Program-made: the position numbers and the translations under genes
Assembly (NCBI GenBank): GCA_964580055.1
Contig: CAZOJI010000012.1
Span: 7,581 to 71,580, forward strand
DNA from: an uncultured Gemmatimonadaceae bacterium
Lineage (GTDB): Bacteria > Gemmatimonadota > Gemmatimonadetes > Gemmatimonadales > GWC2-71-9
Direction: 5' to 3'
Length of the DNA stretch: 64,000 nucleotides
In this document: one piece after another, positions 20,489 to 30,971 of the stretch
How the letters are laid out: every line of letters starts with the position of its first letter
Position numbering within the stretch: the stretch's first letter is position 1
Notes under the pieces: model-generated
What the model saw: only the letters and a program-made list of their open reading frames with translations
Databases searched by the model: none
Told to the model about the DNA's origin: nothing

Positions 20489-21454
20489 TCATACACGCCT
20501 CCCTCCTTTCCGGGAAGCTCGGTTGTTTTCCAGCGCGATGCCTGCGTTGCGCATCAGGCCATCGTAGCCAGTGCGCTCGAAAGGAGTGTTGCCGAGCCAG
20601 CGCTCAAATGTGTCTGCATCGATATCCGATATTTCACGCAAGTCCAGCAATGCGAGATCGGGATCGAGCTGCAATGCAGGATCGTCCGCAGGCTTGGCAA
20701 ACTTGCTGTTCCACGGACAAACGTCCTGACAGGTATCACAGCCAAGTATCCTGTCGCCCATGCGCTCTCTGAGATTTGCGGGTATCTCCCCCTTGTGCTC
20801 AATCGTGAGATAGGAAAGACACCGTCTGCTATCGACCAGTCTCCCGGCCGTGATCGCATGCGTCGGACAACTGTGCACACACCTGTAACAACTCCCGCAG
20901 CGATCAGCGGTGAACGGCTCGTCCAGCTCCAGGTCCAAATTCGTAAGCACAGTGGCAATGAAGAGATGTGAGCCGAATTCGGGGTTGATCAGCATTGCGT
21001 TCCGCCCGATCCATCCCAGGCCCGCTCGCCGCGCAAGCACTCTTTCGGGCACTGGACCGGCATCTACATAAGCCTTCGCTATCGTGCGGCGGTCGCCAAA
21101 GGCAACCATGTGTTCGACGAGTTCCTCGAGCGGCTCGCGCAACGAGTGGTGGTAGTCCGGTCCGCGGGCGTATTTCGCAACCCGTCCCTTGCCTGGTAAA
21201 TGTGGAGGTTCCTTGGTGTAGTGATTGCGCAGCACAACTACCGCCCTGGTGGCTCCGGGCAGAATCAACTCTGGCTCGAGCCTTCGAGCAGCCTGGCGAT
21301 GCATGTAGGTCATCGTAGCGGCCATTCCGGAGGAGAGCCATCGCTTGTACTGCTGCCCGTGAGGATTCGGGGCCAAATCGCTGATGCCTGCGTCCGTGAA
21401 GCCCAGTGCGCTCGCCTTGTCCTTGATCGCGGCGGACCGATCTCGCGCGTTCAC
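20489..21454 (-). CDS. queG: Epoxyqueuosine reductase
   Basis: YARGPDYH, VDAGPVPER, GLGWIG, CGSCYRCVHSCPT, CLSYLTIE, GCDTCQDVCPWN. Confidence 0.95.
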   Translation of the reverse strand: MNARDRSAAIKDKASALGFTDAGISDLAPNPHGQQYKRWLSSGMAATMTYMHRQAARRLEPELILPGATRAVVVLRNHYTKEPPHLPGKGRVAKYARGPDYHHSLREPLEELVEHMVAFGDRRTIAKAYVDAGPVPERVLARRAGLGWIGRNAMLINPEFGSHLFIATVLTNLDLELDEPFTADRCGSCYRCVHSCPTHAITAGRLVDSRRCLSYLTIEHKGEIPANLRERMGDRILGCDTCQDVCPWNSKFAKPADDPALQLDPDLALLDLREISDIDADTFERWLGNTPFERTGYDGLMRNAGIALENNRASRKGGRRV

Positions 21455-21660
21455 CTGGTTTCAACCTCGCAGGTCAACCAGCCGTTGAACGCCCTTTTCA
21501 TGCGCCGCCTCGATTCGCAAAGGCGCAGATTCGCCCACCTGATAGAAGCTGAGTGTATTTGGGGCATGTCATGACATCTAACCTGTTTTGAACATGCAGC
21601 CAGCGGGTGCCCGCCCGCAAGCGACTGACTCCGACCGTGACTCTCGTGTATATTGGCGTG

Positions 21661-22812
21661 ATGACAACACCTCCAACTTCCGGCACGCACTACCTGGCGC
21701 ATTATCGAAGCGAGTTTCCGATCTTTGCAGACACGATCTACCTCAACTCCTGCTCTCTCGGCGCCCTATCCACTAGAGCCGAGCAAAGAGTTACGGGCTT
21801 TCTCCAGACATGGCACGCTCGAGGTGCTTCCGCATGGTATGACGAATGGTGGCAAGCGTTGGCGGACGTTCGAACCGGCTATGCGGGCGTCATCGCCTCA
21901 AAGAGAGAGGAGATTGCTGTGCACGCGTCGGTGTCGACGGCGACCTCGGTTGTGGCCGGGGTGCTCGACCAGACCGATCGTCCCAGAATCGTCACTACCA
22001 ATCTCGATTTTCCGACGGTTCCCTATCAGTGGCTTGCTAAGCAGCCCGAGGGAGTGGACGTCTTTGTCATCGAGAGTCCTGATGGCATCTCGGTCCCGGT
22101 TGATTTGATCGCGGACGCTGTAGACGAGCGCACAGCTTTGGTGGCAACTTCTCACGTGTACTTCACGACTGGTGCAATCCAAGACGTAAAGGCCGTTGCC
22201 GAGGTGGCTCATTCCAATGGCGCGTTGTGCTTTGTGGACGCGTACCAGAGCGTCGGGCAGCTGCCGCTGGATGTACACGACACAGGAGTGGATTTCCTCT
22301 GTTCAGGCGGGCTGAAGTGGTTGTTGGGTGGTCCAGGTATCGCCTTTCTGTACGTTCGCGAAGACCTCGTCGAAAAACTGCATCCCAAGACCACTGGATG
22401 GTTCGCGCACGCACGCCAATTCGACTTCGATCCGCTGTCGATTGCATGGCAACCCGACGCGCGCAGGTTCGAGCAGGGTACTCCCTCCTTGGCCGCTGTA
22501 TTCGCTCAGCTCGGTGGCCTGGAAGTCATACGTGAGATCGGCATCCCCGCTATCAGAGACGTGGTGCGGGGCCTTACCGACAACCTTGTGGACAGGGCTA
22601 CGGCTGCCGGACTTGCTCCCAAAGTAGCCAGCAGCTCCGCAAGCCGCGGCGCGATTGTGATGATCCCAGACGATGATCCGCATTCCTCAGTGCGGCGCCT
22701 TGCCGACGCAGGCATCATCGTTGATGCCCGGCCTGGTCACGTGCGTCTGTCTCCGCATTTCTACAACATTGAGGACGACCATGTCGCAGCCATCTCCATC
22801 CTCTCATCCTGA
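21661..22812 (+). CDS. Class V PLP-dependent aminotransferase (kynureninase/desulfurase-like)
   Basis: YLNSCSLG, DAYQSVG, GGLKWLLGGPG, FEQGTP, RLSPHFYN. Confidence 0.88.
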   Translation: MTTPPTSGTHYLAHYRSEFPIFADTIYLNSCSLGALSTRAEQRVTGFLQTWHARGASAWYDEWWQALADVRTGYAGVIASKREEIAVHASVSTATSVVAGVLDQTDRPRIVTTNLDFPTVPYQWLAKQPEGVDVFVIESPDGISVPVDLIADAVDERTALVATSHVYFTTGAIQDVKAVAEVAHSNGALCFVDAYQSVGQLPLDVHDTGVDFLCSGGLKWLLGGPGIAFLYVREDLVEKLHPKTTGWFAHARQFDFDPLSIAWQPDARRFEQGTPSLAAVFAQLGGLEVIREIGIPAIRDVVRGLTDNLVDRATAAGLAPKVASSSASRGAIVMIPDDDPHSSVRRLADAGIIVDARPGHVRLSPHFYNIEDDHVAAISILSS

Positions 22813-23551
22813 AGACGAGGCTCTCGTGGAAGTAAAGGGAGCAACTGCTGACGAGCAACTGCTACGAGTTCCGCCGATATCGGAAAGAAGACGCTTTGTT
22901 GACACGGATCCTTGGCGGGTCCTAAGGATACTCGGCGAGTTCGTGGCCGGATTCGAGGAACTCGCCGACGTGCGGCGTGCCGTGACCTTTTTTGGCTCCG
23001 CACGCACCGAGCCGCACGATGAAACATACCAGCTCACAGTGGATACGGCGCGACTCCTAGGGCAGCACGGCTTCGCCATAATCACGGGAGCGGGTGGAGG
23101 CATCATGGAGGCTGCGAACAAAGGTGCGAAGGAAGCCGCAGCGCCGTCTATCGGCCTCAACATCGAATTGCCGTTTGAGCAAGTCACGAATCCCTATGTT
23201 GATCGCACCGTTGAGTTCCGCTACTTCTTCGTTCGAAAAACGCTGATGGTGAAATACTCCTCGGCGTTCATCTTTCCGCCGGGTGGCTTCGGTACCCTGG
23301 ACGAGCTGAGCGAAGTTCTCACCCTGAAGCAGACACGCAAGATCGGCAACATGCCGATAGTGCTCATGGGCAGAGAATACTGGCACGGATTGCTCGATTG
23401 GCTTTCGAACACGGTTGCGGCTCAAGGGAAGCTCAGTGGCGAAGATCTGGATCTGTTCGAGGTCACAGATGATCCGCAAAGGGTTCTGGACATCGTTGTA
23501 GAATGGTGGCGTCAACGAGAAACGCCCGGCAATTCACAAGTGACCGGCTAG
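22781..23551 (+). CDS. LOG family (TIGR00730-type Rossmann) nucleotide phosphoribohydrolase
   Basis: [38 protein letters not shown]. Confidence 0.92.
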   Translation: MSQPSPSSHPEDEALVEVKGATADEQLLRVPPISERRRFVDTDPWRVLRILGEFVAGFEELADVRRAVTFFGSARTEPHDETYQLTVDTARLLGQHGFAIITGAGGGIMEAANKGAKEAAAPSIGLNIELPFEQVTNPYVDRTVEFRYFFVRKTLMVKYSSAFIFPPGGFGTLDELSEVLTLKQTRKIGNMPIVLMGREYWHGLLDWLSNTVAAQGKLSGEDLDLFEVTDDPQRVLDIVVEWWRQRETPGNSQVTG

Positions 23552-23555
23552 CTAT

Positions 23556-24701
23556 ATGGCGGATGTTTCACACAATCACCTAGGCGGAATGGAGATCGCA
23601 CCTCCGCCAATTGGGCGAGACGCGACGATCCCGGGACTGATCGATAACGCATTCAATGCATACAATGCGGGCAGGTTGAGAGAAGCCTGCCAACTGTTTG
23701 CTCAGCGCATGCTCCATGCCAACACGACCGTGGGAATGAGTCTCGCCGGAGCTCTGACCCCGGCCGGTTTGGGAATGTCGGCGATTGTGCCATTGATTCG
23801 TGCCGGGTTTGTCGACTGGATAGTGTCCACGGGAGCGAACCTCTATCACGACGCACACTTCGCGCTTGGCCTGCCAATACATAGAGGGTCACCACACCTC
23901 GACGACGTGAAGCTGCGAGAGCAGGGGATAGTGCGGATCTACGACATCGTTTTCTCGTACGACGTACTCTTGCGCACAGATGAATTCATCCGTGAAGTAT
24001 CGGCGCGCCCGGAGTTTCAGCGTGAACTGAGTAGCGCCGAGTATCACTACCTTCTGGGAGGCTACCTGCTGGAACGGGAGTGCAACCTGGGCCTGCAGCA
24101 GAGATCGATGCTCGCGGTTGCGCACCAGTGCGGGGTACCAGTATACACCTCCTCGCCCGGCGACTCTTCAATTGGCATGAACGTGGCCGAGCTGGCGCTG
24201 TCCGGCCACGATATTCGCTTCGATATATCCGCGGACGTGAATGAGACGGCTGCTATCGTGCTTGACGCCAAGAGAAATACCGAGGGGAGCGCGGTTCTGC
24301 TGGTGGGTGGTGGCAGCCCCAAGAACTTCGTGCTGCAAACTGAGCCTCAACTTCAGGAAGTCCTGGGCATAGACGAAAAGGGGCATGACTTCTTCCTTCA
24401 GCTGACCGATGCACGCGTGGACACGGGCGGTCTATCTGGGGCAACGCCGAGCGAGGCGGTTAGCTGGGGCAAAGTCGATCCCGACCAACTGCCAAATGCA
24501 GTAGTCTGTTACGTGGATAGCACAATCGGGCTGCCTTTGCTCACGGCATATTCGCTAGCGCGTTGCCAGGACCGTCCATTGAAGCGGCTCTACGAGAGAC
24601 GTGCGCATTTGGTCGATTGTTTGAAAGCGGCACATCGCACTGCCTTAGAGAGCAGAAACGCCGTGCCCCGCGGTACATCACCAAAGACCCACCGAGAATG
24701 A
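23556..24701 (+). CDS. Deoxyhypusine synthase-family protein (probable homospermidine synthase)
   Basis: [46 protein letters not shown]. Confidence 0.9.
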   Translation: MADVSHNHLGGMEIAPPPIGRDATIPGLIDNAFNAYNAGRLREACQLFAQRMLHANTTVGMSLAGALTPAGLGMSAIVPLIRAGFVDWIVSTGANLYHDAHFALGLPIHRGSPHLDDVKLREQGIVRIYDIVFSYDVLLRTDEFIREVSARPEFQRELSSAEYHYLLGGYLLERECNLGLQQRSMLAVAHQCGVPVYTSSPGDSSIGMNVAELALSGHDIRFDISADVNETAAIVLDAKRNTEGSAVLLVGGGSPKNFVLQTEPQLQEVLGIDEKGHDFFLQLTDARVDTGGLSGATPSEAVSWGKVDPDQLPNAVVCYVDSTIGLPLLTAYSLARCQDRPLKRLYERRAHLVDCLKAAHRTALESRNAVPRGTSPKTHRE

Positions 24702-25993
24702 CGCGGATTTGCAACCAACCGAGAGTCGCAATCGTCGCAGGATGCCGGACACCCTTCAGCCGGGCCGGTACATCACTCAGAAACAAGACGGCCGTAGATC
24801 TGGCACGGCACGCGGTCGTCGAACTGATTCACAGGGCGAATCTGGATGGCAATCTCGTTGAGCAGCTCTATTTTGGGCAGGTAGTCGCGAGCCCAATGGT
24901 GCCGAACCTGGCGCGAGAAGTCAGTCTGCTACCGCATTTTCCGAAGACGGTGCCCGCCGCCTCGATAAACGGCGCATGCGCCTCCGCCAACCAGGCAATC
25001 GTGCTCGCGCACGATCAGATCGCGCTCGGTTATTGCGACGTAGCAATAGCCGGGGGTGCTGAGAGCCTCTCCAATATTCCTGTCCTGCATTCGCAGCATC
25101 TCTCCAGCCTCCTGGTTCGGATGAGTCGTACCAAATCCGTGGCCGCAAGGGCCCGGCTGCTGGCATCCGTACGTCCCAGCGATGCCGTGCCCGTGACGCC
25201 GACGATCACCGAGCCATGCACTGGCGAGACAATGGGAGAAGCCGCTGAGAGGATGGCCAAGATCAACTCGATCGCTCGGGAGGATCAAGATCGCTTTGCT
25301 TTGCGAAGCCATCGTCTGGCTGCCGCGGCCGCCCGAGAAGGGCACCTGTCAGCAGAGATCGCCCCGGTTCTGGAGCGCGGACCGGACGGTCCCACATTGG
25401 CTGACAACGGTATCCGGCCTGACACCAGCCTCGAGAAACTGGCGAGCCTGCCTCCGGTATTCGACGAGAGCTACGGCACAGTCACGGCAGGTTCATCCTG
25501 CCAGCTCACGGACGGTGCAGCGGCGATCTTGCTGATGAGCGAACAGGCTGCCCGGAGTCACGGATACGATCCCCTAGCGTTCATTAGATCCTACGCGTTG
25601 ACCGCAACCGATCCGGGCGGTCAGCTACTGATGGGCCCGGTATATGCAATTCCGAGCGCTTTGGCTCGGGCGGGCATCGCCTGGAAAAACCTCGGCCTCG
25701 TGGAGATGCACGAAGCATTCGCGGCACAGGCGTTGTCCAACATAAAGGCCATCGAGTCGCAACGCTGGGCGAAAGAACACATGGGTCTTGCTACTGCCAT
25801 CGGCGAGGTGGATTGGGAAATCCTCAACGTCATGGGCGGTTCGATCGCACTTGGCCACCCCTTCGGCGCAACCGGCGCGAGAATAACGCTCACTTTAGCA
25901 AACGAGATGGCGAGGCGAGGCGTGGAGTATGGGCTCCTGTCCGTGTGTACGCAGGGCGGTATGGGCTTCGCCATGGTTTTGGAGCGTCCGTAG
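24698..25993 (+). CDS. fadI: 3-ketoacyl-CoA thiolase FadI-type
   Basis: [40 protein letters not shown]. Confidence 0.88.
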   Translation: MTRICNQPRVAIVAGCRTPFSRAGTSLRNKTAVDLARHAVVELIHRANLDGNLVEQLYFGQVVASPMVPNLAREVSLLPHFPKTVPAASINGACASANQAIVLAHDQIALGYCDVAIAGGAESLSNIPVLHSQHLSSLLVRMSRTKSVAARARLLASVRPSDAVPVTPTITEPCTGETMGEAAERMAKINSIAREDQDRFALRSHRLAAAAAREGHLSAEIAPVLERGPDGPTLADNGIRPDTSLEKLASLPPVFDESYGTVTAGSSCQLTDGAAAILLMSEQAARSHGYDPLAFIRSYALTATDPGGQLLMGPVYAIPSALARAGIAWKNLGLVEMHEAFAAQALSNIKAIESQRWAKEHMGLATAIGEVDWEILNVMGGSIALGHPFGATGARITLTLANEMARRGVEYGLLSVCTQGGMGFAMVLERP

Positions 25994-25994
25994 G

Positions 25995-28130
25995 TTGGGC
26001 TCCTTCAGCAAACGAGTCAGGGATCACACCGCATGGCTCGAACTGAATGTTCCTGACCGTCCGGTCAATGTCATAACCAGGTCCGTGCGGGAGGAGCTCA
26101 GGGCTCTGCTGAATGACTCTGCAGCCGACCCGGAGATCCATTCCATGATCCTCATATCGCGAAAAGAGGATCACTTCATGGCAGGGGCTGATGTTGAAGA
26201 GTTCGCCAGACTGCGTACGCGACATCAAGCTCTTATGCTCGTTCGCGAGGGTCAAGACCTGGTCAACATGTTGGAAGCCAGCGCCAAGCCGATCGTTGCC
26301 GCAATACACGGCGCTTGCTTGGGAGGTGGGTTGGAGGCGGTGCTTGCCTGCGAATACCGAATCGCGACTAAGCACCACAAGACAGTGTTCCAGCTGCCAG
26401 AGGTCCGCTTGGGCATCTTGCCGGCAGCGGGCGGGTGTCAACTGCTCCCCCGGCTGATCGGATTACGGCGTGCCCTTGAGATGATCCTGACAGGACGTAA
26501 GACTGTTGCAGCCGACGCCTTGCGCTACGGATTGGTGGACGAACTGGTTCATCCGTCAATTGTAGATGACGTGGCATTCAAGGCGTCCCAGCGGCTGGCA
26601 TCTGGTTGGCGACCCAAGCGGCACGTCAGCATTCCCGAGAAGTTAGCAGTGGACCGGAACGTACCTGCACGGAACACGATTCTCGGGAGGGCTCGGAAGA
26701 ACGTTGTGGCAAAGAAAGGCAGCAATTACCCCGCACCTCTGGCCGCCATCGCAGCGATTGGCCACGGCCTTCAGTACGGCGTGGAGGCAGGACTGGAACA
26801 CGACGCAGCGTCGTTCTCGGAATTGGCGATAGGTGATGTTTCCAGGAACTTGGTGCGGCTGTTTTTCGCGGATAAGGCACTCAAGAAGGCATACGCGCCA
26901 GAGGGAGGATTCCCCGAACCGAAGCATGTGAGGAATATCGCTGTAGTCGGCGGAGGTTTCATCGGCTCCGCGATCGCGGGAGTCGCAGCAAGCCATGCCT
27001 GTGTGGACGTTCGGATACGGGACACGTCGACAGAGATAGTGACATCGGCGCTCGAACGTGCTCGCAACATCGGTCTCCGACGGTCCGCCGCCGCCCCGGC
27101 GCCGGGATTGGCCGAACGAGACTTGGAGGTCCTCATATCGGGAGGTGCCGACTGGGCTGGCTTTGGCCGAGTGGACTTGGTGATCGAAGCGACCACAGAA
27201 GATCTCGAAACCAAGCGATACGTGTTCGAACAGGTCGAGTCGCACGTGCATCCCGGGTGCGTGATCGCATCGACCACGAGTACACTGCGGATTGCGGAAA
27301 TTGCCGCGGCAATTGAGAATCCTCACCGGGTGCTCGGCATGCACTTCTGTTCGCCAGTGGAGAAAACGCCTCTGGTTGAGGTTGTGGCTCACGAGAAATC
27401 GGATCCCGCGGCTATTGCAACGGCGGCCGCGTTCGCGCGAAGAATGAAGAAGACCGCAATTGTCGTTCGGGACAGTGCAGGCTTCTGGGTCAACAGACTG
27501 CTCGCACCGTACCTCCGCGAAACCTGGTTGCTATTGGAGGCAGGAGCCGGCCCGCGACAACTGGATTCGGAGATGACCGCGTACGGTTTCCCGGTGGGAC
27601 CGGTTACCTTGCTGGACGAGATCGGTCTCGATGTGGTTTTGGATACCTCGCACAGTCTCTACGAGGCGATCGGCGAGCGTTTGAAGCCACGGGCTGGGCT
27701 CGCTCGGATGGTCGGTGAAGGACGTCTTGGCCGCAAGAGCGGTCGTGGTCTCTACGAGTATCGCCGGGGCAAGCGGAGACACCCGGACGCCAACGCTTTG
27801 GAGCTAATTCGCGGGAGCAATCCTTGGGATTCCGAGGCCATTGATATCTCAGAGCGACTCATTTACGCGATTTTGAATGAGGCGGCCCGGGCGTTTTCCG
27901 AAGAGGTCGTTGGCTGTGCGCGAGATGGTGACGTGGGTGCGGTCCTCGGTTTCGGTTTCCCGCCGTTCCTGGGAGGGCCCTTGCGTCATACCGATCGGCT
28001 TGGCGTCGCCAACGTCGTCGATAAGCTGGATGAGTTGCAGAGGTCTTACGGAGATCAGTTCGAACCCGCTCAGCTCCTGGTCGAGATGGCTGGGCTGAAT
28101 GAGCAATTTCACCACCAAAAACACCAATAG
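25995..28130 (+). CDS. fadJ: Fatty-acid oxidation multifunctional enzyme (enoyl-CoA hydratase/3-hydroxyacyl-CoA dehydrogenase) FadJ-type
   Basis: AGAD, GGGLE, LPEVRLG, GGGFIG, GMHF..PV..LVE, LGRKSG, GFPPFLGGP; TTG start inferred 1 nt after the fadI stop. Confidence 0.88.
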   Translation: MGSFSKRVRDHTAWLELNVPDRPVNVITRSVREELRALLNDSAADPEIHSMILISRKEDHFMAGADVEEFARLRTRHQALMLVREGQDLVNMLEASAKPIVAAIHGACLGGGLEAVLACEYRIATKHHKTVFQLPEVRLGILPAAGGCQLLPRLIGLRRALEMILTGRKTVAADALRYGLVDELVHPSIVDDVAFKASQRLASGWRPKRHVSIPEKLAVDRNVPARNTILGRARKNVVAKKGSNYPAPLAAIAAIGHGLQYGVEAGLEHDAASFSELAIGDVSRNLVRLFFADKALKKAYAPEGGFPEPKHVRNIAVVGGGFIGSAIAGVAASHACVDVRIRDTSTEIVTSALERARNIGLRRSAAAPAPGLAERDLEVLISGGADWAGFGRVDLVIEATTEDLETKRYVFEQVESHVHPGCVIASTTSTLRIAEIAAAIENPHRVLGMHFCSPVEKTPLVEVVAHEKSDPAAIATAAAFARRMKKTAIVVRDSAGFWVNRLLAPYLRETWLLLEAGAGPRQLDSEMTAYGFPVGPVTLLDEIGLDVVLDTSHSLYEAIGERLKPRAGLARMVGEGRLGRKSGRGLYEYRRGKRRHPDANALELIRGSNPWDSEAIDISERLIYAILNEAARAFSEEVVGCARDGDVGAVLGFGFPPFLGGPLRHTDRLGVANVVDKLDELQRSYGDQFEPAQLLVEMAGLNEQFHHQKHQ

Positions 28131-28145
28131 GAACGAAAAGGCATT

Positions 28146-29075
28146 ATGCTCCTCAACATCTTTTTGTGGCTCAGCGAGCAGCGTCGCGTGTTCGATTTTG
28201 TCAAGAGCAACCGCTTTGCCTGGAAACTCGCCTCCAGATTTGTAGCCGGGGAAACGGTCAATGAGGCGGTCCAGGCGGCAAAGGTATTGAACTCCGATGG
28301 GACAATGGTAAGCCTCGACCTGTTGGGAGAAAGCGTTTCGTCTCGAGAGGAAACCGCTGAAGCGCGGGGCGACGTGATTCGCGTGTTGGATGCTATCACC
28401 GAAAACCAAGTGAACGGCAACGTCTCAGTAAAACTGACCCAGCTCGGACTCGACATCGATTCAGCACTGTGTATCGAAAACATGAATCAAGTCCTCACCC
28501 GCGCGGCAGAACTGGGCATTTTCGTTCGTATCGATATGGAAAGCTCCGAGCACACTGAGCGCACATTGGACATCTTCAAGCAGCTGCAACAGTCATTCGG
28601 CAACGCCACCGGTGTGGTTATACAGAGTTACTTGCGACGGTCGGAAAGCGACATCGAGGATCTAATCGCTCAAGGTGCGCGTGTTCGATTGTGCAAGGGC
28701 GCATACGCCGAACCCGCTTCCCTAGCGTTTCAGGACATGAAGGAGATCCGCCAGTCCTTTGAAAGAATCATGGAGCGTCTCCTCGACGATGGGAACTACC
28801 CTGCAATCGCCACGCATGACGACCAACTGATTGAGCGTGCGCTGACCTACGTGAAGGAGAAACGCATTCCGAGTGAACGCTTCGAGTTCCAGATGCTCTA
28901 CGGGGTGCGAAGGGATCTTCAGCAACAGCTACGTCGTCAGGGTTACAACGTTCGAGTCTACGTGCCGTTCGGCAGCAATTGGTATCCGTATTTGATGAGG
29001 CGCCTGGCAGAGAAATCTTCTAACGTCGGGTTCATGATGCGAAGCGTTCTGAAGGAGACATTCTCTCGCAAATGA
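28146..29075 (+). CDS. Monofunctional proline dehydrogenase
   Basis: RFVAGE, SVKLTQLG, RIDME, RLCKGAY, ATHD, FQMLYG, YLMRRLAE. Confidence 0.94.
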   Translation: MLLNIFLWLSEQRRVFDFVKSNRFAWKLASRFVAGETVNEAVQAAKVLNSDGTMVSLDLLGESVSSREETAEARGDVIRVLDAITENQVNGNVSVKLTQLGLDIDSALCIENMNQVLTRAAELGIFVRIDMESSEHTERTLDIFKQLQQSFGNATGVVIQSYLRRSESDIEDLIAQGARVRLCKGAYAEPASLAFQDMKEIRQSFERIMERLLDDGNYPAIATHDDQLIERALTYVKEKRIPSERFEFQMLYGVRRDLQQQLRRQGYNVRVYVPFGSNWYPYLMRRLAEKSSNVGFMMRSVLKETFSRK

Positions 29076-29395
29076 CGGAGGATCGGTCTTTGGGCGAATA
29101 CATGAGTGCGCATGGCTGCCCACCGGCGCTCTTGGGTTCCGATGGTGTCCCCTACACGGTGGAGATCTTTGCGGATGCCTCACCTCTGGAGGATGGGAGA
29201 TTCGGCGCCGCAGTGATGTTTGTGAGGTGGTCGCAGAAGCAGCCGCGGCCGGCCGGCCATCTGGAGACGGATTATTTGGCCTATGGCGATACCAGCGAAT
29301 GGGCGAAGAGGAAACTAGAGGAGCTGGACCTTCGAGAGATAAAAAGCTACCTCGACCGATTGATCGAAAATGGGAAAGGAATCGTCGACTGGTAG
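29072..29395 (+). CDS. Hypothetical protein
   Basis: ATGA-coupled to ProDH, fills the gap to rsgA; globular-looking sequence (FVRW, GHLETD). Confidence 0.65.
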   Translation: MTEDRSLGEYMSAHGCPPALLGSDGVPYTVEIFADASPLEDGRFGAAVMFVRWSQKQPRPAGHLETDYLAYGDTSEWAKRKLEELDLREIKSYLDRLIENGKGIVDW

Positions 29396-29415
29396 AAGCA
29401 CAGAGTGGCCTGCTC

Positions 29416-30306
29416 ATGTCCAAAACCGGCGGGGTTTACAGGGTACTTATCGGTGACACCGTCGTGGCAGCGAGCCTGCGTGGCAGGTGCAAGCAGCAAC
29501 ACGCTAAACGGATCCTAGTAGGTGATCGCGTTGAGGTTTCGATCCACGCCGACGGTTCGTGCACTGTCGAGGGAATCCAAGAACGAAAGACCGTGCTATG
29601 TCGCCGTTCTCCGGGAAAGGCAGGGACGGTGAGGGACGTGGCGGCAAACGTGGACCAGGTTGTCGTAGTGGGCGCTGCTCGAGATCCGATTTGGAATCCA
29701 CATCTCATAGATCGGTTTCTTGCGGTCGGGGAGGCAAACGATCTGGATACGGTGCTAGTGGTCAACAAGTGCGACCTGGTGTGCGATATTGCCGAACTCA
29801 TAACACCTTACCGTCGCGCCGGTTATTTGGTGATTCGCACGAGCGTGGTTCGAGGGGATGGGTTGCGCGCGTTGCGCGAGCTGCTCGACGGGCGTATCTC
29901 GCTGTTGAGCGGGCCCACTGGCGTGGGGAAATCCAGCCTGCTCAACGCACTTCAGCCGGGCCTCGAACTCCCAACGGGAGCGGTGAGTTCAAGGACGGGA
30001 ACAGGCCGTCATACAACGGTAGCCGCTGAGATGCACAGATTTGGTGTTTTGGGCATGGTGGTGGATACGCCTGGGTTGAGGGATATCGGTCTCTGGGGAT
30101 TATCGCCGGACGAGGTTGCGGCCGCCTTCCCGGATGTCGGGGAATTCGCCGGGGATTGCCGCTTCGACAACTGTCGTCATCTCGAGGAGCCGGGCTGCGC
30201 GGTGCTTCGCGCCGTGAAAGAGAACGAACTTGCAAAGCCCCGACATGATTCCTACCGACAACTCTTGGCGGAGGCAGAACGCGCTGCCAAGCCGTGGAGT
30301 CATTGA
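29416..30306 (+). CDS. rsgA: Ribosome small subunit-dependent GTPase A
   Basis: VGDRV, ANVD, NKCD, GPTGVGKSS, GRHTT, DTPG, CRFDNCRH..EPGC. Confidence 0.95.
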   Translation: MSKTGGVYRVLIGDTVVAASLRGRCKQQHAKRILVGDRVEVSIHADGSCTVEGIQERKTVLCRRSPGKAGTVRDVAANVDQVVVVGAARDPIWNPHLIDRFLAVGEANDLDTVLVVNKCDLVCDIAELITPYRRAGYLVIRTSVVRGDGLRALRELLDGRISLLSGPTGVGKSSLLNALQPGLELPTGAVSSRTGTGRHTTVAAEMHRFGVLGMVVDTPGLRDIGLWGLSPDEVAAAFPDVGEFAGDCRFDNCRHLEEPGCAVLRAVKENELAKPRHDSYRQLLAEAERAAKPWSH

Positions 30307-30632
30307 CCCTCGCCTGCCTGCTGTACCGCTCGCCGCAGGCGCGGCCAGACATGGATAGCGAAACGCAGGAATTTTCGCCTTTCTTCCGGATTGCACTGCA
30401 GCCAATCCCACGCGGACCTGCAGCCCTTCCGAGTGTTGCAGCTTGCGCATGCTGTCACGAGATTCCCAGCGGAGTTGTCACCTAGCTTGGCGAGCGGTTG
30501 GACGTGGTCGAGTGTCAGTTGCTCGGACTTGAACACTCCACCGCAATAGACGCAGCGGTTATTGTCGCGGCGAAAGATGGTTGTCCTCTTTTCGTCGCCC
30601 GTTTTTGAGACCTTCATTGCCTTGGAGTTCAT
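30300..30632 (-). CDS. HNH endonuclease (McrA-like, Zn-binding)
   Basis: IFRRD..CVYCG, LDHVQP, NLVTACASCNTRKG. Confidence 0.85.
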   Translation of the reverse strand: MNSKAMKVSKTGDEKRTTIFRRDNNRCVYCGGVFKSEQLTLDHVQPLAKLGDNSAGNLVTACASCNTRKGCRSAWDWLQCNPEERRKFLRFAIHVWPRLRRAVQQAGEGQ

Positions 30633-30641
30633 ATGAGCGGT

Positions 30642-30890
30642 ATGCGTTCAAGAGAACGAATCGTTGCAAACCTGGAGTCGATATACCGTGAAGCGTACGA
30701 ACGCGCAAAGGCGAGCGAAGACAAGGATCGCATGATGGATCTCGATGCGTCCTTCCAGCGCGAGCAACTGATCTTGGAGGTGCTCCTCGATGTCCGCGAC
30801 GCTTTGGCATCACTAAGGGAACCGCAGAACTCAGAAACGGCATTGAAGAAGATCAGCACACTACGGAATATTGCCAAGTACGCAAAGTAG
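30642..30890 (+). CDS. Small all-helical hypothetical protein
   Basis: MRSRERIVANLESIYREAY..., GGAG at 30624; start 30633 or 30642. Confidence 0.65.
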   Translation: MRSRERIVANLESIYREAYERAKASEDKDRMMDLDASFQREQLILEVLLDVRDALASLREPQNSETALKKISTLRNIAKYAK

Positions 30891-30971
30891 CGATGTGGCT
30901 GCCAAAGTCGTGACAAGAGGGTTGAATGGTGATTGAGAGTTCTTGCAGACACCAGCGCGACCTGGAACAGG

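Noticed and set aside
21451-21702. Short ORF and ATGTCATGACAT palindrome (21566-21577) between queG and the aminotransferase
   Set aside because: The ORF has no support; the palindrome may be an operator but no cognate regulator or second copy is visible
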